Shown piece after piece: positions 20,560-29,856 of a stretch of DNA of 45,151 bases. How positions within the stretch are numbered: the first letter of the stretch is position 1; each line of letters starts with the position of its first letter. Under the pieces are notes generated by a model. It ran no database searches. It had not been told where the DNA came from and was given only the letters and a program-made list of their open reading frames with translations. Source of the DNA: an uncultured Gammaproteobacteria bacterium (GTDB lineage: Bacteria; Pseudomonadota; Gammaproteobacteria; JACCXJ01); the NCBI GenBank assembly GCA_963764725.1, contig CAVXTM010000003.1, forward strand, positions 1-45,151, in the 5' to 3' direction. Made by a program: the position numbers and the translations under genes.

Positions 20560-20581
20560 AAAAAAAACCCTCTCGCGAGGG
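20560..20581 (-). terminator. Weak rho-independent terminator candidate
   Basis: Hairpin CCCTC-N4-GAGGG followed by a T8 tract on the minus strand. Confidence 0.35.
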
Positions 20582-20849
20582 CTCCCTAAAAACCACATTG
20601 AGGGCGGTTCTCAGTGGGGAGGGAGTTGCAACTGACGGCGTGAAACCTCTGTGACGGGGGTCTCAATCGATCGGATCAATATCACCGGCTGGAAAAAAGT
20701 TTGGTAACGACGGGTCGCACGACGATTAAGAAGCAGCGACAGTCAGATTCACGGACGAAACACCCGCGGTCCATCGCGGCCGCCTGCGGGTCTTCGCGGT
20801 AAAGTCGGTTAGGTTCCGTTGCCGCGAAGGATCTCCGATTCAGGCGAAC

Positions 20850-22109
20850 CTATTGCCGGGTGTTTACACCGCGACCCACACCTACGGACGTCGCGCTTAC
20901 GAGTTGAACCCGCCTACTATGCGCAGTGCGAGGGTTTGCGAAGAGCCCTGTCAGCAGCATTTCGAATTGTTGGACCACGCACTGCCAGCCGAGGGTGGCC
21001 ACGTATTCCCGCGCTTGGCACCGCATTCTGGGCAGCGACTGCAGCTCGTGCGCGAGATCCGTCGCGGTGGTCACGAAGGCTTCTGAGTCGCCGTAGGGAA
21101 CCAGAACGCCAGTCTCGCCATGCGTGATGTGCAGGTGTGCGGCGGCATAGTCATAGGCGACCACTACCAAGCCGCTGGCCATCGCTTCCAGCGTCACATT
21201 GCCGAATGTTTCCGTGTCGCTAGGAAAGAGAAATACGTCCGCCGAGGCATAATGTCTCGCCAACTGCTCACCTCGATGCACCCCGCAGAAGAGCAAATCG
21301 GGATGGTCCTTTTGCAGCATGGCACGCTGCGGCCCGTCCCCGACAATTACAAATTTGATTGACTTGCTGTTCGCTTGCATGGCGCGGTAGGCGGTGATGG
21401 CGAGCCCGAGATTTTTTTCCGGTGCCACCCGCCCCACATAGAGAACGACCAGATCGTGCTCGGAGACGTCCCAGGTCTTCCGCAGTGCCTGACAGCGGCG
21501 TGCCGGGGTAAACAGCTGACTATCGACACCGCGGCCGAGAACACTGACATTCTTGAAGCCACAGGCGTGCAGCCGGTCCCGGAGCTCGATGCTGGGTACC
21601 AGGGTGCCGGTAGTCCGGTTATGAAACCAACGGAGATAGAGGGCGACTAAATGTTGCAACCAGCCCGCCCGGTAGTGCCTCGAGTAGCTGTGAAAGTTGG
21701 TATGAAAGCCACTCAAGACCGGTATTCCTAAACGCTGGGCGGTCCGCACTGCCGACCACTCCAGAGGGCCCTCCGTGGCCACGTACACTACATCTGGACG
21801 GTGCTGCGTCCAGCACTCGCGCAGCAATCCGCCCGCCGGCAAGCCAACGTGCAATCCCTTATACCCAGGTAACGGGACGCCGTGCACCAGGGTCACCTCG
21901 GGATCGCGTCCGTAACTCGGGCCATCAGCACCCCACTGGCGCGGACACACCACCGATACTGCATGACCACATACTTTCAATCCGTCCACCAGGCGCGCTA
22001 AGGTGAGTGCCACGCCGTTGACTTCGGGTGGATAGGTGTCGGTAACGACACAAATATGATGTTGTTGTAAAGCGCGGTGATGAGACCGGGCCGGGTAGGT
22101 AGTAGGCAT
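20850..22109 (-). CDS. GT4 glycosyltransferase (GT-B; MgtA/Agt-like putative glycolipid synthase)
   Basis: VVTDTYPPEVNGVA, VATEGPL, FHTNF, GRGVD, YVGRVAPEKN, FPSDTETFGNVTLEAMASG. Confidence 0.85.
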   Translation of the reverse strand: MPTTYPARSHHRALQQHHICVVTDTYPPEVNGVALTLARLVDGLKVCGHAVSVVCPRQWGADGPSYGRDPEVTLVHGVPLPGYKGLHVGLPAGGLLRECWTQHRPDVVYVATEGPLEWSAVRTAQRLGIPVLSGFHTNFHSYSRHYRAGWLQHLVALYLRWFHNRTTGTLVPSIELRDRLHACGFKNVSVLGRGVDSQLFTPARRCQALRKTWDVSEHDLVVLYVGRVAPEKNLGLAITAYRAMQANSKSIKFVIVGDGPQRAMLQKDHPDLLFCGVHRGEQLARHYASADVFLFPSDTETFGNVTLEAMASGLVVVAYDYAAAHLHITHGETGVLVPYGDSEAFVTTATDLAHELQSLPRMRCQAREYVATLGWQCVVQQFEMLLTGLFANPRTAHSRRVQLVSATSVGVGRGVNTRQ

Positions 22110-22222
22110 CAGTGCGCCGCCCCTTTTCGCGCGTGAGTCATTGAGTTGCGCGTGCCGGACAAAGGATCTCTCTTTCCGCTCGACACAGTACAAGAACAGT
22201 ACAAAATAAGTGTGTTCTTTTC

Positions 22223-22251
22223 GTGATGATTACATGACGATTGCCTTACAT
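22223..22251 (-). promoter_or_regulatory. Pho-box-like array facing GT4
   Basis: Minus strand ATGTAAG-GCAA-TCGTCAT-GTAA-TCATCAC with 11-bp period; the -10 is weak. Confidence 0.55.
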
Positions 22252-22295
22252 TTGGTTTTGCCGGCAACGGTTGCTCCGCAGAACACAGTTACTGT

Positions 22296-22329
22296 TTGTC
22301 ATGATTCTTTCATAAAAGGATTGTATTAA
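22296..22329 (+). promoter_or_regulatory. Pho box plus -10 facing the Mpo1-like gene
   Basis: TTGTCAT-GATT-CTTTCAT (22296-22313), 10 bp, then TATTAA. Confidence 0.7.
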
Positions 22330-22367
22330 AGCACCTTCGGTTTTCTTACGCGCAGATAGGAGAGTTT

Positions 22368-22976
22368 ATGAACAGCTTTTTTCGGGCTCTAGAAACGCAA
22401 CGGTGGGACGATCACCGCTATTACCACCACAGCCGCATCAACCAGTCGCTGCATTTACTGAGCGCGGCCAGCTTTCTGTGCACCTACGTGCTGCTGTTCA
22501 CCGATCCGGCCGCTGCAGCGCTGGTCGGCTGGCTGGTTGCTATGGTCAGCCGGCAGGTCGGGCACTTCTACTTCGAGCCCAAGGGCTACGATGAAGTTAA
22601 TCAGACAACACACGAACACAAGGAAGAGATCAAGGTGGGCTACAACCTCAGGCGCAAGGTTGTACTGCTGGGGATCTGGGCCGTCTCACCGCTGGCGCTT
22701 TACATTGATCCGACGCTTCTGGGGTTCTTTGAGCCCCAGGCGGGCTCCGCCGACTTCGTGCACCGCATGGCGGTACTCTGGATCGCGATAGGCCTAGGCG
22801 GACTGTTGTTCCGGACGGTGCACCTGTTTTTTCTGCAGGGCGTGCAGACCGGACTGGTGTGGCTGACGAAGATTCTCACGGATCCGTTTCATGACATCAA
22901 GCTTTACCACACGGCCCCGCTGTACCTGTTGCGCGGCGAGCTGATCGATCCGGGCCCGGCGAAGCGGCACGCTTGA
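22368..22976 (+). CDS. His-rich membrane protein, Mpo1/DUF962-like
   Basis: YYHHSRINQSLH and RQVGHFYFE resemble the DUF962/Mpo1 H..N...H and Q..GH..FE motifs; several TM segments; GGAG RBS. Confidence 0.6.
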   Translation: MNSFFRALETQRWDDHRYYHHSRINQSLHLLSAASFLCTYVLLFTDPAAAALVGWLVAMVSRQVGHFYFEPKGYDEVNQTTHEHKEEIKVGYNLRRKVVLLGIWAVSPLALYIDPTLLGFFEPQAGSADFVHRMAVLWIAIGLGGLLFRTVHLFFLQGVQTGLVWLTKILTDPFHDIKLYHTAPLYLLRGELIDPGPAKRHA

Positions 22977-23036
22977 GGGTGCGGGTCGCGGTCGCCCCTA
23001 TACAGTGCGGCCGGACGGAAATGGGCGGGGAGACCG

Positions 23037-24686
23037 TCAGAAGCGGTGCGCGATGATCTCTCGCAGAATACGGCGCTTGATCGATCTGTTCGTCAACGCA
23101 GGGCCCGACCACCACCAGCCTTCTTGCTGCATGGCCCGGGCGGCTGCCACGAACCGGTCCGCGACCGCGTCGAAATCGGCGTCCGTATAGTCGAGGCTGA
23201 AGATGAGGCGGCCGGTACCCACCCAACTCAGGGCCAGTCCTTCAGCGCGCAGGTAGTACTGGAGCATCCAGTTGTAGCGCGACGGCTGCGTGTAGCAGAC
23301 GGTCCAGATCGACGACAGGCTCGCCACCTGCACCGGCAGGCCTTCCTCCCGCAGGCGTCGATTGAGCCGTTCGGCCCGGTCGCTCCAGATCTCATCGAGG
23401 TTGCGGTACAGCGCTCGAACCTGCAGGGTGTCGAGGCGCTGCAGGAACTCGTGCATGGCTCCCATGACGTAGGGATGCGAGTTGAAGGTGCCGCGAGCGA
23501 AGCAAATGTCCGTCGGGCGATCCTCGCGAAAGCGCTTCATCAAGTCCCGGCGACCGCAAACGGCGCCAATCGGCAAGCCACCGCCGAGGGTCTTGCCGTA
23601 GGTGACCATGTCGGCCCGGACACCGAAGTACTCCTGGGCCCCGCCCGGCGCAAGTCGAAAGCCGGTAAAGACCTCGTCGAATATCAGCGCAATCTTGCGC
23701 TCGGTGCAGACGGCGCGCAGCCGCATCAGCCATTCGGTGTAGGCCGCCCGATCGAAGAATGCGCTGCGCGCGCTGTCGACCAGTGCGGCGTCACCCGGCG
23801 CGTTCGCGTTCGGATGGAGCGCTTGCAGCGGATTTACAATAACGCAAGCGATATCGCGGCGTTTGCTCAACACTCGAAGCGTATCATCGTCCATGTCTTT
23901 CAAGGTATAGGTTTCGCGCGCCGGCAAGGGGTTGCCGACACCCGGCTGGACATCTCCCCACCATCCGTGGTAAGCCCCGCAGAAACGCACCAAGTGCGAC
24001 CGCCGCGTGTGGTAGCGCGCAAGCCTTACTGCCTGCATGACCGCCTCCGTGCCGGACATGTGGAACGACACCTCCTCGAGCCCGGCGATCTCCGTCAGCC
24101 GCTGCACGTTGTAAGCGACGACGGGATGATAGGCGCCGAGCACGGGTCCGAGCGCGCGCACGCGTTCAATGCCGCACGCCACGCACTCCTTGTAGAAGTC
24201 GTAGCCGAAGACATTCACGCCGTAGGAGCCGGTCAGATCATAGAAGCGGTTGCCGTCGAGATCGGTGAGGCTGACTCCGGAGGACGAGCGAACGAACGCC
24301 CCTGCCTTGAGGTGCCGGCGTACGAAGCGGCTGTATTGGAAGGGCACGCGGTAGGCGCCGGTAAACTGCAGATCGGAGATGCTGTCCTCGACCTCCACGG
24401 TGAGCCGCAGCGTTTCCGGGAAGCGCTCCCGATAGAGATCCGCAAGCCGCATGAAACCGGCGCGGCGACGGGCGGCTATATCTTCCGGCGCATCGTCGGA
24501 TCGGAAGAACCGCGCCTCGTCGTACTCGTAGAACGGTACGAGCGCTGCGATCCGTCGCGCGATACGGGAATGGCCGGACAATGACCGGTGCTTCGCCTTG
24601 GAAAGCGCGAGGCGCATCTTCAGTTGCTGAAGCGACGCGACCAATACGGCGCCGCTGAGCGCGTACAAAACCAATGTTGCGTCCAC
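23037..24686 (-). CDS. Class III PLP aminotransferase, glutamate-1-semialdehyde aminomutase-like, with N-terminal membrane anchor
   Basis: DLDGNRFYD, SGTEAVM, GAYHG, FDEVFTGFR, YGKTLGGGLP (PLP Lys), RGTFNSHP. 549 aa with a hydrophobic N-terminus. Confidence 0.85.
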   Translation of the reverse strand: MDATLVLYALSGAVLVASLQQLKMRLALSKAKHRSLSGHSRIARRIAALVPFYEYDEARFFRSDDAPEDIAARRRAGFMRLADLYRERFPETLRLTVEVEDSISDLQFTGAYRVPFQYSRFVRRHLKAGAFVRSSSGVSLTDLDGNRFYDLTGSYGVNVFGYDFYKECVACGIERVRALGPVLGAYHPVVAYNVQRLTEIAGLEEVSFHMSGTEAVMQAVRLARYHTRRSHLVRFCGAYHGWWGDVQPGVGNPLPARETYTLKDMDDDTLRVLSKRRDIACVIVNPLQALHPNANAPGDAALVDSARSAFFDRAAYTEWLMRLRAVCTERKIALIFDEVFTGFRLAPGGAQEYFGVRADMVTYGKTLGGGLPIGAVCGRRDLMKRFREDRPTDICFARGTFNSHPYVMGAMHEFLQRLDTLQVRALYRNLDEIWSDRAERLNRRLREEGLPVQVASLSSIWTVCYTQPSRYNWMLQYYLRAEGLALSWVGTGRLIFSLDYTDADFDAVADRFVAAARAMQQEGWWWSGPALTNRSIKRRILREIIAHRF

Positions 24687-24723
24687 GAGTCTCGGAACCC
24701 TACGTGAGCGACTTTACAATACG

Positions 24724-25644
24724 ATGACCGTGCGATCCGTGATTTCCCGGATCTTCCAGCAGGAAGACCTCAATTTTCTCCTGACGAACCGCATTCCGCG
24801 GCGTCTGCTCACCCAACTCATGGGCTGGTTCAGCCAGATCGAGCATCCGCTGGTGCGCGATCTGTCGATCGGCGTTTGGCGAATTTTCGCCGACCTAAAC
24901 CTGGAGGAAGCCAAGAAGACGCAGTTCCGGAGCATGCACGATTGCTTTACAAGGGAGCTCAAAGACGGGGCGCGGCCGATCGACCCGGAACCCGCCGTGC
25001 TCGCGTCCCCATGTGACGCTATTGTCGGCGCTGCGGGCCGCATCGAGGGCACCACGCTAATCCAGGCCAAAGGCTTCCCGTACACGCTGCACGATCTGCT
25101 CGGCGATTCGGAGCTGGTGCGTGTCTACCGCGACGGCTGCTACGTCACGCTTCGGATCACCTCGAGCATGTACCACCGGTTCCACGCCCCGCATGACTGT
25201 CGAGTCAAGCAGGTTGCCTACCTGTCCGGAGACACGTGGAACCTAAACCCGATCGCGCTCAAGCGTGTTGAAAAGCTCTTCTGCAAAAACGAGCGGGCGA
25301 TACTTGAGACCCGGCTGGAAGCGACGGGGCATACGGTCACCTTAGTGGCGGTCGCGGCGGTGCTCGTCGCCAGCATCCGCCTGCACTTCCTCGATATCCT
25401 GCTGCATCTCAAGCATCGCGGGCCGAATGTCATCCCCTGCGATGCGTCGTTCCGCAAGGGCGAGGAGATGGGTTGGTTTCAGCACGGATCAACCATTATC
25501 GTATTCGCGCCCGACGGCTTCAAGCCGTGCGAGCACGTGAAAGAAGGAACCGTTATCCTTACCGGACAGCCCCTATTGCGGTTGCCGGAGCGCGATCGCG
25601 CGCCTCCCCGTGGTGAGCCAAGGGCCGGGGAGCTATGGCCGTAG
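24724..25644 (+). CDS. psd: Phosphatidylserine decarboxylase family proenzyme
   Basis: FTRELKDGARP, SPCD, QAKG, YHRFHAP, KNER, KGEEMGWFQHGST (self-cleavage GST motif). Confidence 0.9.
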   Translation: MTVRSVISRIFQQEDLNFLLTNRIPRRLLTQLMGWFSQIEHPLVRDLSIGVWRIFADLNLEEAKKTQFRSMHDCFTRELKDGARPIDPEPAVLASPCDAIVGAAGRIEGTTLIQAKGFPYTLHDLLGDSELVRVYRDGCYVTLRITSSMYHRFHAPHDCRVKQVAYLSGDTWNLNPIALKRVEKLFCKNERAILETRLEATGHTVTLVAVAAVLVASIRLHFLDILLHLKHRGPNVIPCDASFRKGEEMGWFQHGSTIIVFAPDGFKPCEHVKEGTVILTGQPLLRLPERDRAPPRGEPRAGELWP

Positions 25645-25725
25645 CAGAGGGAGGTGAGTGTGATGCGAGCCGCCTCTCGATCTCGCGCTTGCCCGTGACG
25701 TCGGTCACCTTCCTTCTATCAATGG

Positions 25726-28188
25726 CTACTCAAGGTCGTCGCCCGGGACAAACGGACCACCGTTGACGCGACGGATCCCGATCGTTGCCGGTTTGGGCGC
25801 CCCAAGCGCGTTGCCGCCGAGGTTGCTCGGCCAGTTGCTGCCGCGCGGTAGCGTGCGGTTCTGCATGAACGTGTTGCCGTCCAAACCGAGCAGCTCGAGG
25901 TCACGGTTGAGTCTGCTCGCCGGGGTGCCGTCGTTCGGAATCGAATCCTCGCTCGGATGCTGCACCGAAAGGAACAAGGTATCGCCTACAAAAGTCGGAC
26001 CAGTCATCTCGCACCGGGGCGGTCCGTACGCGAAGGGAACGACCTTACCGGCATCTGCGCCCATTGTCGGTACGTAGAACAGCCAGTTGTTCCCGAACAC
26101 GCCAACGAGATCGCTTGCCGCCTCGTTGATGACCGTGTGATCGATGGTCTTCTGTGCCGGGTTCGCGCCAAGGGCGAAGCCGTTGTGCCGCTCGGTCAAC
26201 ATGTCGGTCACGAGCCACAGATTTCCGCGCCGGTCGAACACGAGGTTATCGATTGCGGCGAATCCGGTGCCACCCTCGGCGCCCGCCTCTCCACCTTGGA
26301 GGAAGCGGTCCCAGGTAAAGGTAATGCCCGTGCCGTCACTTGCGTCTTCGATGATCTTATAGAGGCCACCATGGGGCTGCGTCTCCGCAACGCCAGCGCC
26401 GTATTTTCCGAGGACAAAGACACGCGAGTCGGGATAGCCGTCGCTGCCGGCCGCCCCATCGGTCATGGCGATGAACACGTGCTGGGTGAGGGGATGGATC
26501 TCGATGTCCTCAGGTCGTGAGCAGGGCGTGCCGCCGATGAGGTTGGCGGCGAGGAAGGCGTCGCAGAGGAGCGCACCCTGACTGGTATAATAGTCCGATA
26601 GCCGCACCGTCCCGGCCGGCTTGCTGCCGCCTTTCGTTCTGTAGCTCTCGAGCGCCTCCGCCTCGGTGAGCACGATGGGGCTACTGACCCCGTTCAAGGT
26701 CACTGCCAGCGAGCCGCCATCGCTGGTCTGCCCTGCAATGCCATTGCGTCTTGGCAGGAGCACCCCGCCGTCGCGTTGCGCCTTGCCGTCCGTCCGTGCC
26801 GCACGCTCCGCTGAGCTCAGAACGGTGGGCGCGTTGGGATCTACCAGCGTGTTAAGCTCAAGCGGGATCCAGATGCCCGTAGCGTCGCTCATGAATCTCG
26901 CGACATAGAGCGTGCCCTCCGCAAGCAACCCGCTGTTGGCGGGGTCCTGCTCGTGTGTGACATTCGCTCGGCTGACGTATTTCCAGGTGTGGCCGCCGCG
27001 CCGGTCATCACCGAGGTACACGACGATGGGTTTACCGCGCTCGACGCGCATGGCGATGTTCTCGTGCCGGAAGCGACCGAGGGCCGTGTGCTTCTTGCCG
27101 CGCGATTCGGGACCCCGAGGATCGATCTCGACCATCCAGCCGTATTTCTCCCCGAGCAGTCCGAACTCGGCCCCGCTCGTCCCCGTGATGTAGCCGGTCT
27201 GACTGCCGTTCGGCAGCACACCTTCCTGCACGCCTATGAAGAACGTGGCGTTGCCGTGGAAGTTCTCTTCGGCGGAGAGGACCGTGCCCCACGGGGTTCT
27301 GGCCCCCGAGCAATTATAAGCCGTGCCGATGATGCGATTGCCCAGGCCATCGGCATTGACGCCCTCGAACACGTCCGTCGCCGCCGGCCCGGTCCCAACC
27401 AAAAAGCTTCTGTCACCTTGCTGATGGGAAAGGCTCCCCCAGGCGGTCACCGCCTGGTACGGGTCGGTCGGCGCTCGCTCTGCGTTGATGGCAAGCCCCG
27501 AGAGTCCATGAATGCGGCGATTCTTGGCATCGCCCGCCACGGCCTCATACCGGGCGCTCTTACCGTGGCGCCCAGTGCGGCGGACCCGCACGACCGTGCC
27601 GCCGCAGTTGTACAACATCTCGCCTAACACCTGGCGGTCTTTGGTTGTCGGTAAGGCAAAGCCGACGACAAGCGGGAAGGACTCGAATGCGGTTCCCAAC
27701 GACGCGATGTCGGCCGGCGTATCGGGCGAGAGCTTCGAGAACGGGTACGACACGTACTCATGGTTGATGTAGAGGCAGCCATCGTGGTCACTGTCATTGA
27801 GCGGCACAAAGGCCGTGTAATCGTGATTGTAGCCGACATAGTGATCAGGGTCGGCGAACAAGCGGTCACCCCAGCTTGCGATCAAATAGTATTCGTATTC
27901 CGGCGGGACCACGACGTCGTCGATAAGCGTATATTGAGTCAGGTTAACAAGGTCGTGTGAGTGCTTGATCACGCCTATCCCACCGATCCCCGTCGCGAGC
28001 CAGCTGTTCCTTTCCGAATAGATGGGTAGCGGATGAGGCAGGCGCAGGGGGGTCAGGCCGCCGGGTTTGCCGGTCTTCGCGGCCGGCGCAAACAGGCTCT
28101 CCCTGGATCTGGACATGCACGAGACGGCAATGGCGCTGGCACCAAGGCCCATGAACTTCAGAAACCTTCTGCGAGTGGCCTCATTCAT
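25726..28188 (-). CDS. phoX: PhoX family alkaline phosphatase (Tat-exported), copy 2
   Basis: TRRRFLK Tat motif, GYNHDY, INHEY, NCSGARTPWGTVLSAEEN, GRFRHEN, SRPED, CEMTGP, SVQHP. Confidence 0.9.
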   Translation of the reverse strand: MNEATRRRFLKFMGLGASAIAVSCMSRSRESLFAPAAKTGKPGGLTPLRLPHPLPIYSERNSWLATGIGGIGVIKHSHDLVNLTQYTLIDDVVVPPEYEYYLIASWGDRLFADPDHYVGYNHDYTAFVPLNDSDHDGCLYINHEYVSYPFSKLSPDTPADIASLGTAFESFPLVVGFALPTTKDRQVLGEMLYNCGGTVVRVRRTGRHGKSARYEAVAGDAKNRRIHGLSGLAINAERAPTDPYQAVTAWGSLSHQQGDRSFLVGTGPAATDVFEGVNADGLGNRIIGTAYNCSGARTPWGTVLSAEENFHGNATFFIGVQEGVLPNGSQTGYITGTSGAEFGLLGEKYGWMVEIDPRGPESRGKKHTALGRFRHENIAMRVERGKPIVVYLGDDRRGGHTWKYVSRANVTHEQDPANSGLLAEGTLYVARFMSDATGIWIPLELNTLVDPNAPTVLSSAERAARTDGKAQRDGGVLLPRRNGIAGQTSDGGSLAVTLNGVSSPIVLTEAEALESYRTKGGSKPAGTVRLSDYYTSQGALLCDAFLAANLIGGTPCSRPEDIEIHPLTQHVFIAMTDGAAGSDGYPDSRVFVLGKYGAGVAETQPHGGLYKIIEDASDGTGITFTWDRFLQGGEAGAEGGTGFAAIDNLVFDRRGNLWLVTDMLTERHNGFALGANPAQKTIDHTVINEAASDLVGVFGNNWLFYVPTMGADAGKVVPFAYGPPRCEMTGPTFVGDTLFLSVQHPSEDSIPNDGTPASRLNRDLELLGLDGNTFMQNRTLPRGSNWPSNLGGNALGAPKPATIGIRRVNGGPFVPGDDLE

Positions 28189-28215
28189 AAAGGTATCATT
28201 CCCTCGCCTTCCTCC

Positions 28216-28246
28216 AAAAAAAAGACCCCGCCGGGTGGCGGGGTCT
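28216..28246 (-). terminator. Rho-independent terminator of the csp gene
   Basis: 10-bp stem AGACCCCGCC/GGCGGGGTCT, 4-nt loop, T-tract on the minus strand. Confidence 0.85.
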
Positions 28247-28276
28247 CGTGAAACCTGCTTACGCAGTGCTTGATGT

Positions 28277-28480
28277 TTAGGCCGGCTGGACTGTTGCCGC
28301 CGACGGGCCCTTCGGACCCTGCTCCACGTCGAAGGTCACCTTTTGACCCTCCGCCAGGGACTTGAAGCCGTTACCCTGGATGGCAGAGTGATGCACGAAC
28401 ACATCCTTGCCGCCGTCCTCCCGGGTAATGAAGCCGTAGCCCTTACTGTCGTTGAACCACTTTACTATTCCTGTAATCAC
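28277..28480 (-). CDS. Cold-shock protein (CspA family)
   Basis: [15 protein letters not shown] (RNP1), DVFVHHSAI (RNP2), GPKGP; GAGG RBS, and TATAAT at 28615-28610 implies a long 5-prime UTR. Confidence 0.95.
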   Translation of the reverse strand: MITGIVKWFNDSKGYGFITREDGGKDVFVHHSAIQGNGFKSLAEGQKVTFDVEQGPKGPSAATVQPA

Positions 28481-28884
28481 GGAAATACCTCTGTTTGGTT
28501 GAATTGGAATGGTGCAAACCCGATCCTGAAGACGACATTGCGGGAGTAACTACCGAAAAAACTGGAGGGACTTCCGAACTGACTACAAGACGTGTACTGC
28601 AACAAGTAAATTATAGTTGATATGGACACAAAAAGCTATGGAATGTTTTGTCATCTATCGGATATGCCGAAACCATACCCAGTAAGCCGGGTCGAGGCCA
28701 AGACGAAAGATACGTGCAAGTATTTCCACCCGTTCGAGTACACGGATCGTCTAGTACACCGTCAGTAGCCAGCGGGACGGCCGACCATAAATTTCGGGAG
28801 TTGTCACACGGTAGTCGCCTGTTGCAAACCTCCCGAGCGGCGTAGACTACTCACTCGCCACGAACAGCTTGTGGAGATAGTCGT

Positions 28885-29319
28885 ATGTCAAACGAGAACA
28901 AAGCAATCATCTACCGTCTTATTGACGCAGTCTGGAATCAGCGAAGGCTCGATATTTTGGACGAGATTGTCGCTCCCGACGCGGTCATTCACTCTAACAC
29001 GATTCCCGATCTGAGCCGCGGCCCTGAAGGAGCTAAGCAATATGTTCGACTGTTTTGCGCTGCTTTCCCTGACCTGCAAGTCAGGGCCGACGACATGGTT
29101 GCCGAGGGGGAGAAGGTTGCGCTTCGCTGGTCAGCATACGGCACGCACAAAGGAAAGCTCTTGAGCATTGAACCGACGGGCAAGTCCATGAGAATCACGG
29201 GGCAAGCGATTTACTCCATTGTTGCTGGCAAGATCGAGGAAGATTGGATTAACGCAGATACCTTTGGCATGTTACAGCAGTTAGGGATTGTATCCCCGTT
29301 ACCACATCGGCCCTCTTGA
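28885..29319 (+). CDS. SnoaL-like ester/polyketide cyclase family protein
   Basis: NKAII, AAFPDL, MVAEGEKV, GTHKG..PTGK, GKIEEDW...LQQLG. Confidence 0.85.
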   Translation: MSNENKAIIYRLIDAVWNQRRLDILDEIVAPDAVIHSNTIPDLSRGPEGAKQYVRLFCAAFPDLQVRADDMVAEGEKVALRWSAYGTHKGKLLSIEPTGKSMRITGQAIYSIVAGKIEEDWINADTFGMLQQLGIVSPLPHRPS

Positions 29320-29338
29320 TCCGACTCAGAAAGCAGTA

Positions 29339-29833
29339 ATGAAACAAGTCTTAGGCGGCTTGTTACTCCTGTTTTTGCTTGGTGGGTGCGCAAGCGACGT
29401 GCCGCTCGTGATCCGCGAACCACTGGCAGACAATCCTAGTTTGGCTGACGTACAACATAACCCCAAGGCATTCGTGAAACGACGCGTTCGGTGGGGCGGG
29501 AGAATCGTGCATACGAAGAGTGTAGGAAACAAAACGGAAGTGGAAATCCTTGCTATAGCGCTCGGCACCGATGGCCGACCCGAACCAGGCGACGTATCAC
29601 TCGGGCGGTTCATAGCCAATAGCGACGCGTTTCTTGACCGGGCGATCTATAGTGCCGATCGTGAGGTAACGGTCTATGGAGTTTTGGAAAACGTGCTCAT
29701 TCGCAACATAGGTGAACATCCTTACACATACCCGCTTGTAAAGGCGATTCAGATTTACTTGTGGCCGGAGGCTGGAGACGCTGCTTGGTACCCCCAGTTT
29801 TACTTTGGCTTCGGGGTCGGCGGTGGTTTATGA
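29339..29833 (+). CDS. Slp family outer-membrane lipoprotein
   Basis: Lipobox LGGC, VRWGGRI, GRFIA..FLD..IY, GEHPYTYP, IYLW. Confidence 0.85.
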   Translation: MKQVLGGLLLLFLLGGCASDVPLVIREPLADNPSLADVQHNPKAFVKRRVRWGGRIVHTKSVGNKTEVEILAIALGTDGRPEPGDVSLGRFIANSDAFLDRAIYSADREVTVYGVLENVLIRNIGEHPYTYPLVKAIQIYLWPEAGDAAWYPQFYFGFGVGGGL

Positions 29834-29856
29834 GTCGCGGATCCCACTCGTATAGA

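Noticed and set aside
23046-24584. Long plus-strand ORF (512 aa), and similar long ORFs antisense to pst, phoX and kdp genes (e.g. 39674-41911, 36292-37917)
   Set aside because: Shadow ORFs of GC-rich genes on the opposite strand; no motifs, and Arg/Ala-rich composition.
23037-24686. Calling the aminotransferase hemL
   Set aside because: Extra N-terminal anchor, divergent substrate-site motif and no heme-pathway context.
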